From an uncultured Bacillota bacterium (GTDB lineage: Bacteria; Sysuimicrobiota; Sysuimicrobiia; Sysuimicrobiales; Segetimicrobiaceae), in NCBI GenBank assembly GCA_963804645.1, contig CAWDRG010000009.1, positions 1,056,001-1,120,000 of the forward strand: a DNA stretch of 64,000 nucleotides. Direction: 5' to 3'. Both the position numbers and the translations under genes were made by a program. Positions 38,685 through 47,680 of the stretch are shown one piece after another. The notes beneath the pieces are model-generated. The model saw only the letters and a program-made list of their open reading frames with translations. It ran no database searches and was not told where the DNA came from. Within the stretch, counting starts at the first letter, position 1, and the number at the start of each line of letters is the position of its first letter.

Positions 38685-39427
38685 TGCCGCCGCGCGGCCG
38701 CGTCGCCGTGGTCACCGGGTCGAGCCGCGGCATCGGGCGCGCGATCGCGCAGGCGTTCGCGCGCGACGGCTGCGCGCTCGTCGTGAACGCCGCCCGGTCC
38801 GTCGCGGAGGCGGAGGCGGTGGCGGAGGCGATTACGGCCGGCGGCGGCCGTGCGGTCGCGGTGCAGGCCGATGTCGGCGATCCGGCGCAGGCGCAGGAAT
38901 TGATCGCGCGGGCCCTCGAGGAGTACGGGCGCGTCGACGTCCTCGTCAACAACGCCGGGATCGTGGACCGCTCGGATCTGTGGCAGATCGACGAGGCCGG
39001 CTGGGCCGCGATGATGGCGGTGCACGTCACGGGGCCGTTTTTCGCGAGCCGGGCGGCCGCCGAGGCGATGCGCGGGCAGGGAGGCGGCGCGATCATCAAC
39101 ATCGCGTCGATGCGGGGGATCGAGCCGGGGTCGGGGCCGCTGCACTACAACGTCAGCAAGGCGGCGGTGCTGATGCTCACGAAGTGTCTCGCGCGCGATC
39201 TCGCCCCGCACGTGCGGGTGAACGCGATCGCGCCGGGGTACACGGAGACCGGCTTCCACGCCGGCCGGACGATCGCGGAACGCGAGCAGATCAGTGCGAG
39301 GATTCCGCTCGGGCGGTTCGGGCGCCCCGAGGAGGTCGCGCGCGCCGCAGTGTTTCTCGCCTCCGACGGCGCCGCGTATATGACGGGGCACACGCTGGTG
39401 CTCTCGGGCGGCGTGGTGATGGCGTAG
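38684..39427 (+). CDS. SDR-family NAD(P)-dependent oxidoreductase (FabG-like)
   Basis: TGSSRGIG, NNAG, YNVSK, VNAIAPG. Confidence 0.93.
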   Translation: MPPRGRVAVVTGSSRGIGRAIAQAFARDGCALVVNAARSVAEAEAVAEAITAGGGRAVAVQADVGDPAQAQELIARALEEYGRVDVLVNNAGIVDRSDLWQIDEAGWAAMMAVHVTGPFFASRAAAEAMRGQGGGAIINIASMRGIEPGSGPLHYNVSKAAVLMLTKCLARDLAPHVRVNAIAPGYTETGFHAGRTIAEREQISARIPLGRFGRPEEVARAAVFLASDGAAYMTGHTLVLSGGVVMA

Positions 39428-39445
39428 GCGGGCCGCCGTCCCGGA

Positions 39446-39964
39446 CTACGATTCCTCGAGCTTGCTGTCCTTCCGGGGAGTGTCGCCGGCCTGCGTCTGG
39501 CCGAAGTCCGCGGGCCGCACCTGGTCGATAAACTTCTTGAACTCCTCGACCTCGTGCTCGTCGAACGCCTTCTTGAGCGGGATCGCCGCGGCCGCGACCT
39601 TGTCCTCGACGAAGATCGGCGCCTCCGCCCGCAGCGCGAGGGCGATCGCGTCGCTCGGGCGCGAGTCGACGATCACCTCGGCGCTTTTGGTCCGCAGGTG
39701 GATTTCCGCAAAGTACGTGCCGTTCTGGAGGTCCGTGACGACGATCCGGCTGACGCTGACCGTCAGGTGCGTCAGCATCGTGCGCATCAGATCGTGGGTC
39801 ATCGGGCGCGGCATCTTCTGCCCGCGCAGCTCGAGCGCGATCGACTGCGCCTCGCTCTGGCCGATCCAGATCGGCAGCGCCAGCGACTCCGCTTGATCGA
39901 CGAGCAGGACCACCGGGTTCATCTGCTGGTCCATCGCCACGGTGCGCACTTTCACCGAGATCAT
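39446..39964 (-). CDS. Bifunctional nuclease family protein (DUF151)
   Basis: LPIWIGQSEA.SI, RPMTHDL, DSRPSDAIALALR. Confidence 0.92.
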   Translation of the reverse strand: MISVKVRTVAMDQQMNPVVLLVDQAESLALPIWIGQSEAQSIALELRGQKMPRPMTHDLMRTMLTHLTVSVSRIVVTDLQNGTYFAEIHLRTKSAEVIVDSRPSDAIALALRAEAPIFVEDKVAAAAIPLKKAFDEHEVEEFKKFIDQVRPADFGQTQAGDTPRKDSKLEES

Positions 39965-40007
39965 GCGTCGCCTCCAGGGCACCGACCGGGTGCGTCGAGT
40001 TGTTCCC

Positions 40008-40016
40008 ATTATAACA
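40008..40016 (-). promoter_or_regulatory. Extended -10 promoter element for the DUF151 gene
   Basis: TGtTATAAT about 44 nt upstream of the ATG, with a GGAGG RBS in between. Confidence 0.6.
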
Positions 40017-40288
40017 GACGAATCGGATTTGGCCCGGCGCGCGGTGAATCTTTTGAATCATTCTGCGGCGGGCGGGCCGGGGCGAGCGCGCGTCTGGCGC
40101 GAGGAGATCTGGGGCATGTAACGGGTCGGTGCCCCAGGCGGCGTGAATGGGCAGGCAGGAGAACCGGCCGTCGGCAAGAATAGGCTCGGAGTTGATCCGC
40201 GGGGGGGCAACGATCCGGAGGTCGTCCGGATCGGTCCGGCGGCGGGGCGCCCGACGGGCGCCACTGCGGACATCACTGGAGGCGCGGA

Positions 40289-40966
40289 GTGATCAAGTAC
40301 GTCCTGGTGGCGCTGACGTGTGTGTGCAGTGCCGCATTCCTCTCGCTCGTTCCGCATGCTGACGCTTCCTCGGTCTACGTCGTCCGTCAAGGGGACACGC
40401 TCTGGGCCATCGCGGGCCGCCTCGGCGTGAGCGTCGGGCAGCTCGCCTCCGCGAACCACCTGTCGCTGACCGCTACCATCCAGCCCGGGGAGCGCTTGGT
40501 GTCTCCTGGGAGGACGGACGCGTACGTCTCGGCCGGCGCATCCGCGTCCCGCGCCGCAGTCTCGCCGGTGCGCGTGCTGCGCACGCTCCCGTCGCGCGGC
40601 GTGGCGTTCACCTCGTCGGTGGTGCGGACGGCCCTGCGATTTCTCGGCCGGCCGTACCAGTGGGCGGGGATTGGGAACCGCGGGTTCGACTGTTCTGGGC
40701 TGGTCTACCGCGTGTACGCGATGATGCGGCTGTCGGTCCCGCACTCCTCGTTCGACCAGTTTCGTGAGGGCGTCGCGGTGCCGCGCGGGGCGCTCGCGCC
40801 GGGAGATCTCGTCTTCTTCCACACGTACAGCTACGGCCCGTCCCACGTCGGGATCTACGTCGGCGGCAACCAGTTCATTCACGCGTCGACGGACCGCGGC
40901 GTGATCGTGTCGTCGCTGTCGGAATCGTATTACGCGTACCGCTATCTCGGCGCACGCCGGATCTAG
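40289..40966 (+). CDS. Secreted LysM + NlpC/P60 peptidoglycan endopeptidase
   Basis: Signal peptide; YVVRQGDTLWAIA (LysM); PYQWAG, FDCSG, PGDLVFF, SHVGIY, FIHAS. Confidence 0.95.
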   Translation: MIKYVLVALTCVCSAAFLSLVPHADASSVYVVRQGDTLWAIAGRLGVSVGQLASANHLSLTATIQPGERLVSPGRTDAYVSAGASASRAAVSPVRVLRTLPSRGVAFTSSVVRTALRFLGRPYQWAGIGNRGFDCSGLVYRVYAMMRLSVPHSSFDQFREGVAVPRGALAPGDLVFFHTYSYGPSHVGIYVGGNQFIHASTDRGVIVSSLSESYYAYRYLGARRI

Positions 40967-41016
40967 GCGCGGCGTCGCCGCCGCGGGGCTCACGGCCGGG
41001 CGCCGGTAACATGAGA

Positions 41017-41040
41017 AAGGGACACCTGAGGGTGTCCCTT
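41017..41040. terminator. Bidirectional terminator hairpin between convergent genes
   Basis: AAGGGACACC-tgag-GGTGTCCCTT, perfect stem. Confidence 0.7.
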
Positions 41041-41072
41041 CCCATTTGCGCGCGGCGCGTGAGACGGCCGGG

Positions 41073-42356
41073 TCAGGCGGTCGCCACGCTTTCGCAGATG
41101 GCACGAAACTCGTCGATCGTCAAATAGTGCCGGGTGTACGACGTCGCTACCGCGGCCCGGGCCCGGCGGAGGATGGTCTGCCACCCCGCCTCGTCGACGC
41201 GGAGGCCCCATTCCGCGATCAGCTTCTTGAGGAACAGCGGCTCGCTTGTGGTCGCGCTGCTCCGTTCGCGCCCGAAGAGAATCTTCGCGCCGATGCCGGA
41301 CTCGAACCGTCGTCCCAGCACCTCCGGGGCGATGCCGATGGAGGCCTCGGAGACCGTCGCGCCGCTGAGGTGCCCGAGTCCCTCCTCCCGATTCCAGTTC
41401 TCGCCCACGAGCGGTTTCCACGGGGCCAGCGTCACCCCGAACGCTTCGCGGGCGAAGTTGGCCAGGTCGTACAGCGCGTCCAGCCTGATGCCGGTGTGGA
41501 CCCCGTAGACCTCGAGTACTGCGGCGATCTCCTCGAGCGCGCACGTTCCCCCGCGGTCGCCGATGCCGATCACGGTCGCGTCGATCCAGTTCGCGCCGCC
41601 TTCGACGGCCGCCAGCGAGTTGGCGGTCGCGCAGCCGAGGTCGTTGTGGTGCTGGATGTACACATCGCACGTCCCGATCGCCGCCTTGACGCGCCGGACG
41701 ACCGACCGGGAGGCCAGCGGGTTGCTGTTGCCCCGGCTGTCGACCAGGTAGACGCCGTCGGCGCCGGCGCCCGCGATGGCGCGCGCGAACGTGACGACCG
41801 TGCCCACCCGGGTGCGCATCGTGTCGCCGATCCACGGCACCACCCGCACGCCCTGCGCCTTCGTGTAGGCGGTCGCCTCGCTGACGGCGTCGACGATCAT
41901 CTGCTTGCTGAGCTTGCCGGTGAAGTCGGAGACCGTGTCGTCGTACGACCAGTGGTAGATCGGGCAGACCGTCTCGGCGCCCAGGTCGATCTGCTGCGTG
42001 AGGGGCCCGCGCCAATCACCCGACAGCGGGACCGGCACCGCGGGGCCCTTCGCGGCGAGCGGCGTCTTGCACCCCAAGCGGCGGTACGCGCGGGCGAGGT
42101 CCCGCTCGTCCTCCTTCATCGTGTGGCTCGGGAGCGTGATCTCGCCCACCCCCACCGCGTCGAGCCGTCGCATCAGCTCCAGGCGCGTGTTCCAGTTGAG
42201 CTGGTGACCGACGCAGTCGTCGCCCTCGGTCAGGGTGCAGTCGATCACGTGCACCTTGGTCGGCATGCCAGCGCGCTCGGCCAGCACCTCGGGGTCCCAA
42301 TACGCCGGATTGACGAGCCACTGGCCCGGCTTGTGCCACGGTGTGGAACTGGACAT
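41073..42356 (-). CDS. DRE-TIM metallolyase family protein (homocitrate/isopropylmalate synthase-like) with a variant active site
   Basis: IDCTLTEGDD (canonical DxTLRDGxQ), LVDSRG, QHHNDLG.ATANSLAAVEGGA, GIGDRGG, KPLVGEN; the Phe/Leu/Ser-rich extension in the ORF track is the artefact tract. Confidence 0.85.
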   Translation of the reverse strand: MSSSTPWHKPGQWLVNPAYWDPEVLAERAGMPTKVHVIDCTLTEGDDCVGHQLNWNTRLELMRRLDAVGVGEITLPSHTMKEDERDLARAYRRLGCKTPLAAKGPAVPVPLSGDWRGPLTQQIDLGAETVCPIYHWSYDDTVSDFTGKLSKQMIVDAVSEATAYTKAQGVRVVPWIGDTMRTRVGTVVTFARAIAGAGADGVYLVDSRGNSNPLASRSVVRRVKAAIGTCDVYIQHHNDLGCATANSLAAVEGGANWIDATVIGIGDRGGTCALEEIAAVLEVYGVHTGIRLDALYDLANFAREAFGVTLAPWKPLVGENWNREEGLGHLSGATVSEASIGIAPEVLGRRFESGIGAKILFGRERSSATTSEPLFLKKLIAEWGLRVDEAGWQTILRRARAAVATSYTRHYLTIDEFRAICESVATA

Positions 42357-42384
42357 GCGAACAGCGAAATGAATGAAATGGATC

Positions 42385-43495
42385 GTATCGTTAAGTAAGA
42401 GAAGAGAGAGAGAAGAATAAGATTGAGATATAGAGAAGAAGTAGAAAGAGAAGAAAAAAAAGAGAGAAAGTAGAGAGAGAGAGAATAAAATAATAAGAGA
42501 GATGGAAGAGGAGGAGAATAAGAGAGAGAAAAAGATAAAGAGATAAAAGATAAAGAAAATGAGAAGAGAGAAATTTAAAATAGTAGATAAAGGATAAGAG
42601 AAAAAAGGAGATAATAAGGATAAAAATGAAGGAAAGATAGATAAGAAAGAGAAGAATAAAAGAGAGAAAGATAAAAAGGGAGTAAAGAGGAAAGGATGAG
42701 ATAAGTAAGTAGAGATGAGATATAAAAGGAGGAAAGGAGAGAAAGAGAAATATAGTATGTAGAGAAAAAGTATAAAAAAAGAAGGGAAAAGAAAAAAAAG
42801 ATAAAAAAAGAAAGAAAAGTGAGAAAATGAGGAGTATAGAGATGATAGAAACGGGAATAGGAAAAATAGTAGGAGGAATATAAGGAGGAATAGGAAGAAT
42901 AAATAGGAGTAAAAAAAAGGAAAAAGAAGAAGAAAAAGAAGATAAATAGAAGAAGAGATAAGATTAAAAGAGAAAGGAGTGAGATTAGCTAGAGTGGTTA
43001 TGAGAAAAAAGGTAAAGATATGAAAGATAGTACTAAAAGATGATGTAAGAGGGGTGATGGTGAAGGAGAAAAAAAAGATATAAATATAGAGGAAGATAGA
43101 AAAGATAAAGAAGAATAGAGATATAAGGATGTAAGATGAGAAGGAATAGGTATAGAAAAAAGAAGTAGGTAAAAGAATAGAAAGGGTAGGAAAGAATGAA
43201 AAGCAAGGTAGTAAGAGAGAAGGAAAAAAAGGATATATAAAGAAAAGAAGAAAAAGTGAAATAGAAGAGGAAAAGGAAGAAGGAGAAAGATGAAAGAAGA
43301 GAAATATGATGATAAGATGGAATAGAAAGAGGAGAAGAAGAATGTGAAGGAATGAAGGATATATTAGTATAAGAAAATAAAGGTAAGATAGTATTGATAA
43401 TAAAAATGAAGAATGGAAGAGGAAAGAGTAATAAAATAAGGGAAGAAGATACACGTTAAGACTATAGAAAAAGAAAGGCGAGGATATGAAGCTCT
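42385..43495. other. About 1.1 kb A/G-rich, nearly C-free low-complexity tract; probable sequencing or assembly artefact
   Basis: Abrupt switch from very high GC to almost only A, G and T; grades into a recognisable but substitution-riddled recombinase gene. Confidence 0.8.
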
Positions 43496-43929
43496 GCTTC
43501 GGACATTGCGCCCTTCAAGCCGAACAGGAGCTGTCGTTAAAATGTTGCAGATAGTACACGCCGTCGGCATCGATGATCAGCGTGTACGTCAGGTTGCAGA
43601 ATAACAACAATCGTTGGAGGTACGCGGAACTGCGGGCTAACAGCGAGACCTCCAACGACAAGATGGCGCGGACCTCGCGCAGGCACACCAGACTGACGAG
43701 CTCCTGAAAAAGCGCACGGGTGGTGCCGCTGCGACGGACAGGCACAGATCGGCATCGATCACGAGGATCTTGGATGGTAACACCGCAATCGGGTGGCTTA
43801 CTCCGCCAGTGCATACTGCCGGGCGGTAGACTCGGTGTGTTCGCGCACCTGGGTCATAGTGGACTGTAGCACATACACGATTGCCAGACGCTCGCGGTGA
43901 GTGGGCGTGATCGTACTAGCGTCGCTCAT
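43480..43929 (-). pseudogene. Large serine recombinase, N-terminal resolvase domain (corrupted and truncated here)
   Basis: Manual translation across frames: MSDASTITPTHRERLAIVYV(L)QSTMTQVREHTESTARQYAL...VIDADL...FQELVSLVCL.EV.AILSLEVS.LARSS...TLIIDADGVY...FND..LFGLKGAMSEAELHIL. Confidence 0.8.
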
Positions 43930-44014
43930 GCGCGTTAGACACGGCGGCGAGCGCGGCCTCGAGCATGTTGGCCAGCGGCGCCACGAGTTCGCTCGTCGCG
44001 CCGCTGAACCACAC
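43916..44014 (-). CDS. Tiny (32 aa) ORF between DUF6788 and the recombinase
   Basis: Starts right after the DUF6788 stop and overlaps the recombinase ATG (VWFSGATSELVAPLANMLEAALAAVSNAHERR). Confidence 0.35.
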   Translation of the reverse strand: MWFSGATSELVAPLANMLEAALAAVSNAHERR

Positions 44015-44360
44015 TCAGGTCAGCTCGCCGCGGGTCAGCAGTTCCAGGTTGATCGCGGAGATCTCGGCCAGCGTCGCCTCGATGCGGGCGGTGAGCATGA
44101 CAAGGCGGCGTACCGCCGCCGCCAGCGCCGCCGGAATATACAGGAGACGCCGTCGCGTTCGCCGCCGGACCGTCAGGAACACGTACGGACCGTGCAGCTC
44201 CCCCCGCGCGCACCGGCAGCGCGGTTTCCCACACGCCGGTGCTGGATTACCAGCGCGCCGTGCATGACCGCCTCGAGCGTCGGGAGGCTGCGTGCCCGTT
44301 GGGTCCGGCGCGCGCGTAATTGCCTCGTGCTGAGCTTGGCGAGTGGTATCTTTTGTATGA
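44015..44360 (-). CDS. DUF6788-family Cys/His protein (1-nt frame break near 44235)
   Basis: MHGALVIQHRR|CGKPRCRCARGELHGPYVFL...LLYIP...ISAINLELL. Confidence 0.75.
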
Positions 44361-44368
44361 TTGGTACC

Positions 44369-44855
44369 GCCAGGGCCGCGATGTCCTCCGGCCCGACCTG
44401 TCCCGCGGCCAGGGCGTCCAGCATCGCCCGCCCAGACTTGCCTAAAATGTCGCTCACAACTGACCCGAGTTTGATGTTCCCGCCTTCGAGGACCTTCTGG
44501 ATGCGGTTCGCTTCCGCCGCCCGTTCGCTCACCAACGTGATGCGGTACCGGACCAGTTCCCGCAACTCGCGCTGCGGCCGCGACGGAATCAAGCTGGCTT
44601 TCAACAGGCCATGGCGCATTAGATCGCAGATCCATTCCGCATCCTGCACATCGGTCTTTCGCCCCGGGACGGCTTTCATATGCGCCGCATTCACGACGTA
44701 CACCGTCATGCCTGTCGTTTCCAGCAGGTTATAGAGCGGCTTCCAGTACACGCCCGTGCTTTCCATCGCGACGTGTGTCACCTGCAAGGCACCCACCCAG
44801 TCCAGTAGCGTCAGCAAATCCCGAGTCGTCGTACCAAAGGTCCGTGCCTCGCTGT
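44369..44855 (-). mobile_element. IS110-family transposase fragment (DEDD domain)
   Basis: RTFGTTTRDL, HVAMESTGVYWKP, VVNAAHMKAVPGRKTDVQDAEWI, RELRELVRYR, NRIQKVLE, SDILGKSG; lacks the N-terminal GxD motif and the C-terminal half. Confidence 0.9.
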
Positions 44856-44904
44856 GTCCTGGGACCACCCTCCTTTGACGCTGGGATGCGGGTGTGTGCG
44901 GGGC

Positions 44905-45750
44905 CTACATCGATTCCACGTGCCGCGACACGGCGCGCCACTGCCTGGCTCGGCTCCGCAGCCGGATGATCACTTCGTTGCACGCCGCGGTGAGGATCAT
45001 GAGCACGGTCAGGGCGGCGAACACCCCGGCCGCGTCCAGCGTGTTCGCCGAGGTGGCGATGATGTAACCCAGCCCTTTGGCCGACACGATGATCTCCCCC
45101 GCGACGGCGCCGATGAACGCGTAGGGCAGGGCGATCGTCATGCCGGTGACGATCCAGTCGGCCGTGGCCGGGATGATCACCAGGGACAGCACCCCGAGCG
45201 TCCGCGCCCCGAGGATCTGCACCGACTCGATCAGCTCCGAGTCGACGTCGCGGACCCCGTTGAACGTGCTGTAGAACATGAGGAAGAACACGACGACCGC
45301 CGCGAGGGCGATCTTGGACGGCGCGTAGATACCGAAGTACAGCACGAACAGCGGGGCCAGCGTCACCTTCGGGATCGCGTACAGCCCGGTCAGCAGCGGG
45401 CCGACCGCGCGCGACAGCATGCGGAAGACGCCCAGGACGAATCCGGCGACCAGCCCCAGCGAGACGCCGACGCCGTACCCGATCAGCGCCTCGGAGGTGG
45501 TCGCCCATAGGTGCGGCCAGATAAACCCGGTGCCGATCCACTCGGCGAGGCGCGCCGCCACCGCGGTCGGACTGCTGACAAAACGCGCGTCCAGGACGCG
45601 CCCCGACATCCACTGCCACGGCACGATCACGGCCGCCGCGACCGCCGCCCGCCACAGGAACAGGCGGACCCCCGAGAGCCGGCGGGGGACGCCGTCGTCG
45701 GCGATCCGCGCCCCCGGCGCTCCCTCCCCGGTGCCCACCGCGATCGTCAT
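44905..45750 (-). CDS. NitT/TauT-type ABC permease
   Basis: YAIPKVTLAPLF, GVRDVD, IGAVAGEI...GLGY. Confidence 0.92.
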   Translation of the reverse strand: MTIAVGTGEGAPGARIADDGVPRRLSGVRLFLWRAAVAAAVIVPWQWMSGRVLDARFVSSPTAVAARLAEWIGTGFIWPHLWATTSEALIGYGVGVSLGLVAGFVLGVFRMLSRAVGPLLTGLYAIPKVTLAPLFVLYFGIYAPSKIALAAVVVFFLMFYSTFNGVRDVDSELIESVQILGARTLGVLSLVIIPATADWIVTGMTIALPYAFIGAVAGEIIVSAKGLGYIIATSANTLDAAGVFAALTVLMILTAACNEVIIRLRSRARQWRAVSRHVESM

Positions 45751-45778
45751 GCGCGCAGTCCCCCGCGACAGGCGCCCG

Positions 45779-46573
45779 TCACCGTTCGGCCCGGCGCCAT
45801 CCGAGCAGCACCCGCTCGAGCCGTTCCAGCCCGACCGTGATGGCCACGGCGACGATCATCAAGACGCTGAGCGCCGCGAACATGTTGGTCATGTTGAACG
45901 ACCCCTTGGCCCACATGGTCAGGTAGCCCAGGCCGCGGGTCGACGCGATGATTTCGCCGATGACGGCGCCCTGCAGCGCGTAGGGAAACGACGTCTTCAG
46001 GCCGACGAAGATCTGCACCGCGGCGGTCGGGAGGGCCAGGTACCGGACCTCGTCCCAGCGCGACGCGCCCATCAGGCGGACCCCGACGAGGAGATCCTCG
46101 TCGAGCGCGCTCACGCCCGCGTAGACGTTGAGGCAGACGAGGAAGAACACGATGAACGCCGCCACGAGGACTTTGGGGGTCAGGTCCAAGCCGAACCACA
46201 GGACGAACAGCGGGGCGAGCGCGATCTTCGGGATGCTGTACAGCGCAAGGATGTACGGGCTCAGCACGCGCGAGACGTTCTGGTACAGTCCGAGCGCGAG
46301 CCCGGCCGCCACCCCGGTGCCCGCGCCGAGGAGGAACCCGAGGATCGTGGACTCCATGGTGTAGATGAGGTGCGGCCACAGGAATCCGGTCGCGATCCAG
46401 CGCCACACCGTGGGGAATACCAGGGTCGGCTTGCTGACGAAAAACGCCGGGACCAGCGTCCCCGAGACGGCCTGCCAAGCGGCGAGGACCACCCCGACGG
46501 TGGCGGCCTGCATCGCCAGCACGACCGCGGGGCGTTCGTGCCAGGGCGGCGCGGCCAGCCGCACGCGCATCAT
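45779..46573 (-). CDS. NitT/TauT-type ABC permease
   Basis: YSIPKIALAPLFVLWFG, MGASRW, GAVIGEIIASTRGLG. Confidence 0.92.
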   Translation of the reverse strand: MMRVRLAAPPWHERPAVVLAMQAATVGVVLAAWQAVSGTLVPAFFVSKPTLVFPTVWRWIATGFLWPHLIYTMESTILGFLLGAGTGVAAGLALGLYQNVSRVLSPYILALYSIPKIALAPLFVLWFGLDLTPKVLVAAFIVFFLVCLNVYAGVSALDEDLLVGVRLMGASRWDEVRYLALPTAAVQIFVGLKTSFPYALQGAVIGEIIASTRGLGYLTMWAKGSFNMTNMFAALSVLMIVAVAITVGLERLERVLLGWRRAER

Positions 46574-46574
46574 G

Positions 46575-47363
46575 CTACCCGGCCTCGCCCGTCTTGTAGT
46601 CGTCCTCGATCGCCTTCCACAAGATATCGTGCAGGGCGCTGAACTCGGGCGTGAACCGCACGCGGAACACGTCGCGGGGCCGCGGCAGGTTGATCGGCTG
46701 GACGAGCTTCACGGTCCCGGGCCGGCTCGTGAGCACGATCACCCGGTCCGCGAGGGTGATCGCCTCGACGATGTCGTGCGTGACGAACACGATCGTCTTG
46801 CGCGTCGCGGCCCAGATGCGCAGCACCTGGTCGTGCATGATCAGCCGGAGCTGGGCGTCGAGCGCGCCGAACGGCTCGTCCATCAGCAGCGTTTCGGGAT
46901 CGTAGATGAGGCTGCGTGCGAGCAGGACGCGCTTGCGCATGCCGCCCGACAGCTCCGCGGGGTAGTGCCGCTCGAATCCGGTGAGCCCGATCATGCGCAC
47001 GTACTGGTCGATGAGGGTCCGGCGGCGCGCCGGCTCCACGTGCCGGATGCGGAGCGGCAGGCCGATGTTGTCCTCGACCGTGCGCCACGGGAGGAGGTTG
47101 TCCTTCTGGGTCATGTACCCGGTGCGTGTGTTGATGGCCTGGACCGGCTGGTCGTCGTATCGGACCGTCCCGCTCGTGGCGCGCGCGAGTCCCGCGGTCA
47201 TGTGGAGCAGCGTGGTCTTGCCGCACCCCGATGGGCCGAGCAGGGCGACGAACTCTCCGCGCTCGATCGACGCGGAGATCCCGCGGACGGCCTCGACGGT
47301 GCGGCCGTTCTTCTGGAACTGCTTCGTGATGTTCTCCCAGACGATGATCGGTCCGACAGGCAT
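46575..47363 (-). CDS. NitT/TauT-type ABC ATP-binding protein
   Basis: GPSGCGKT, LLPWRTV, LSGGMRKR, LMDEPFGALD, FVTHDI. Confidence 0.94.
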   Translation of the reverse strand: MPVGPIIVWENITKQFQKNGRTVEAVRGISASIERGEFVALLGPSGCGKTTLLHMTAGLARATSGTVRYDDQPVQAINTRTGYMTQKDNLLPWRTVEDNIGLPLRIRHVEPARRRTLIDQYVRMIGLTGFERHYPAELSGGMRKRVLLARSLIYDPETLLMDEPFGALDAQLRLIMHDQVLRIWAATRKTIVFVTHDIVEAITLADRVIVLTSRPGTVKLVQPINLPRPRDVFRVRFTPEFSALHDILWKAIEDDYKTGEAG

Positions 47364-47680
47364 CCTCATCCCTCGCGTCACGGCGAGACGCAGATGCACC
47401 ACTGAATGACGTCGACGACCCCGGTACGTGCGGGGGGTGTGCGGACCGCGCCTGTCGCGCGCGCCTGCGGGACGATGTGCGTTCGACGATCGCGGCGCGT
47501 GGACCCCACGCGCATCCGTCGAGTTCGTCGGACGGCCGACACTTCCTGCCATCCCAGGTAATCGCGCGGTCGCGGAGAATCGGCTACGGTACGGCGCGGG
47601 GACCGGCGGCGTGCTCGATCCCGCCGATCGCCGCGCCGGGAATGACGGCACGCCGCGAGGGCGTGCGAGGGGGTAGACGG

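Larger units (their letters stand above)
43480..44368 (-). mobile_element. DUF6788 + small ORF + large serine recombinase element (one end only)
   Basis: Three-gene cassette that begins abruptly inside an IS110 transposase frame (after DIAALA) with AT-richer GTACCAATCATACAAAAG. Confidence 0.65.

Noticed and set aside
40130..40280. c-di-AMP (ydaO) riboswitch
   Set aside because: The conserved GGGGAAC...CCCGUCAGCUAAC-type core is not seen; kept only as an unnamed structured leader
42357..43454. Long Phe/Leu/Ser-rich membrane domain fused to the DRE-TIM enzyme (793-aa ORF)
   Set aside because: It is only the reverse complement of the A/G-rich tract; family similarity starts at Met 42356
44173..44868. 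Functional IS110 bridge-RNA system or a real IS110-DUF6788 fusion protein
   Set aside because: The transposase lacks its first catalytic motif, its C-terminal domain and its non-coding ends; the fusion is best explained as a junction product
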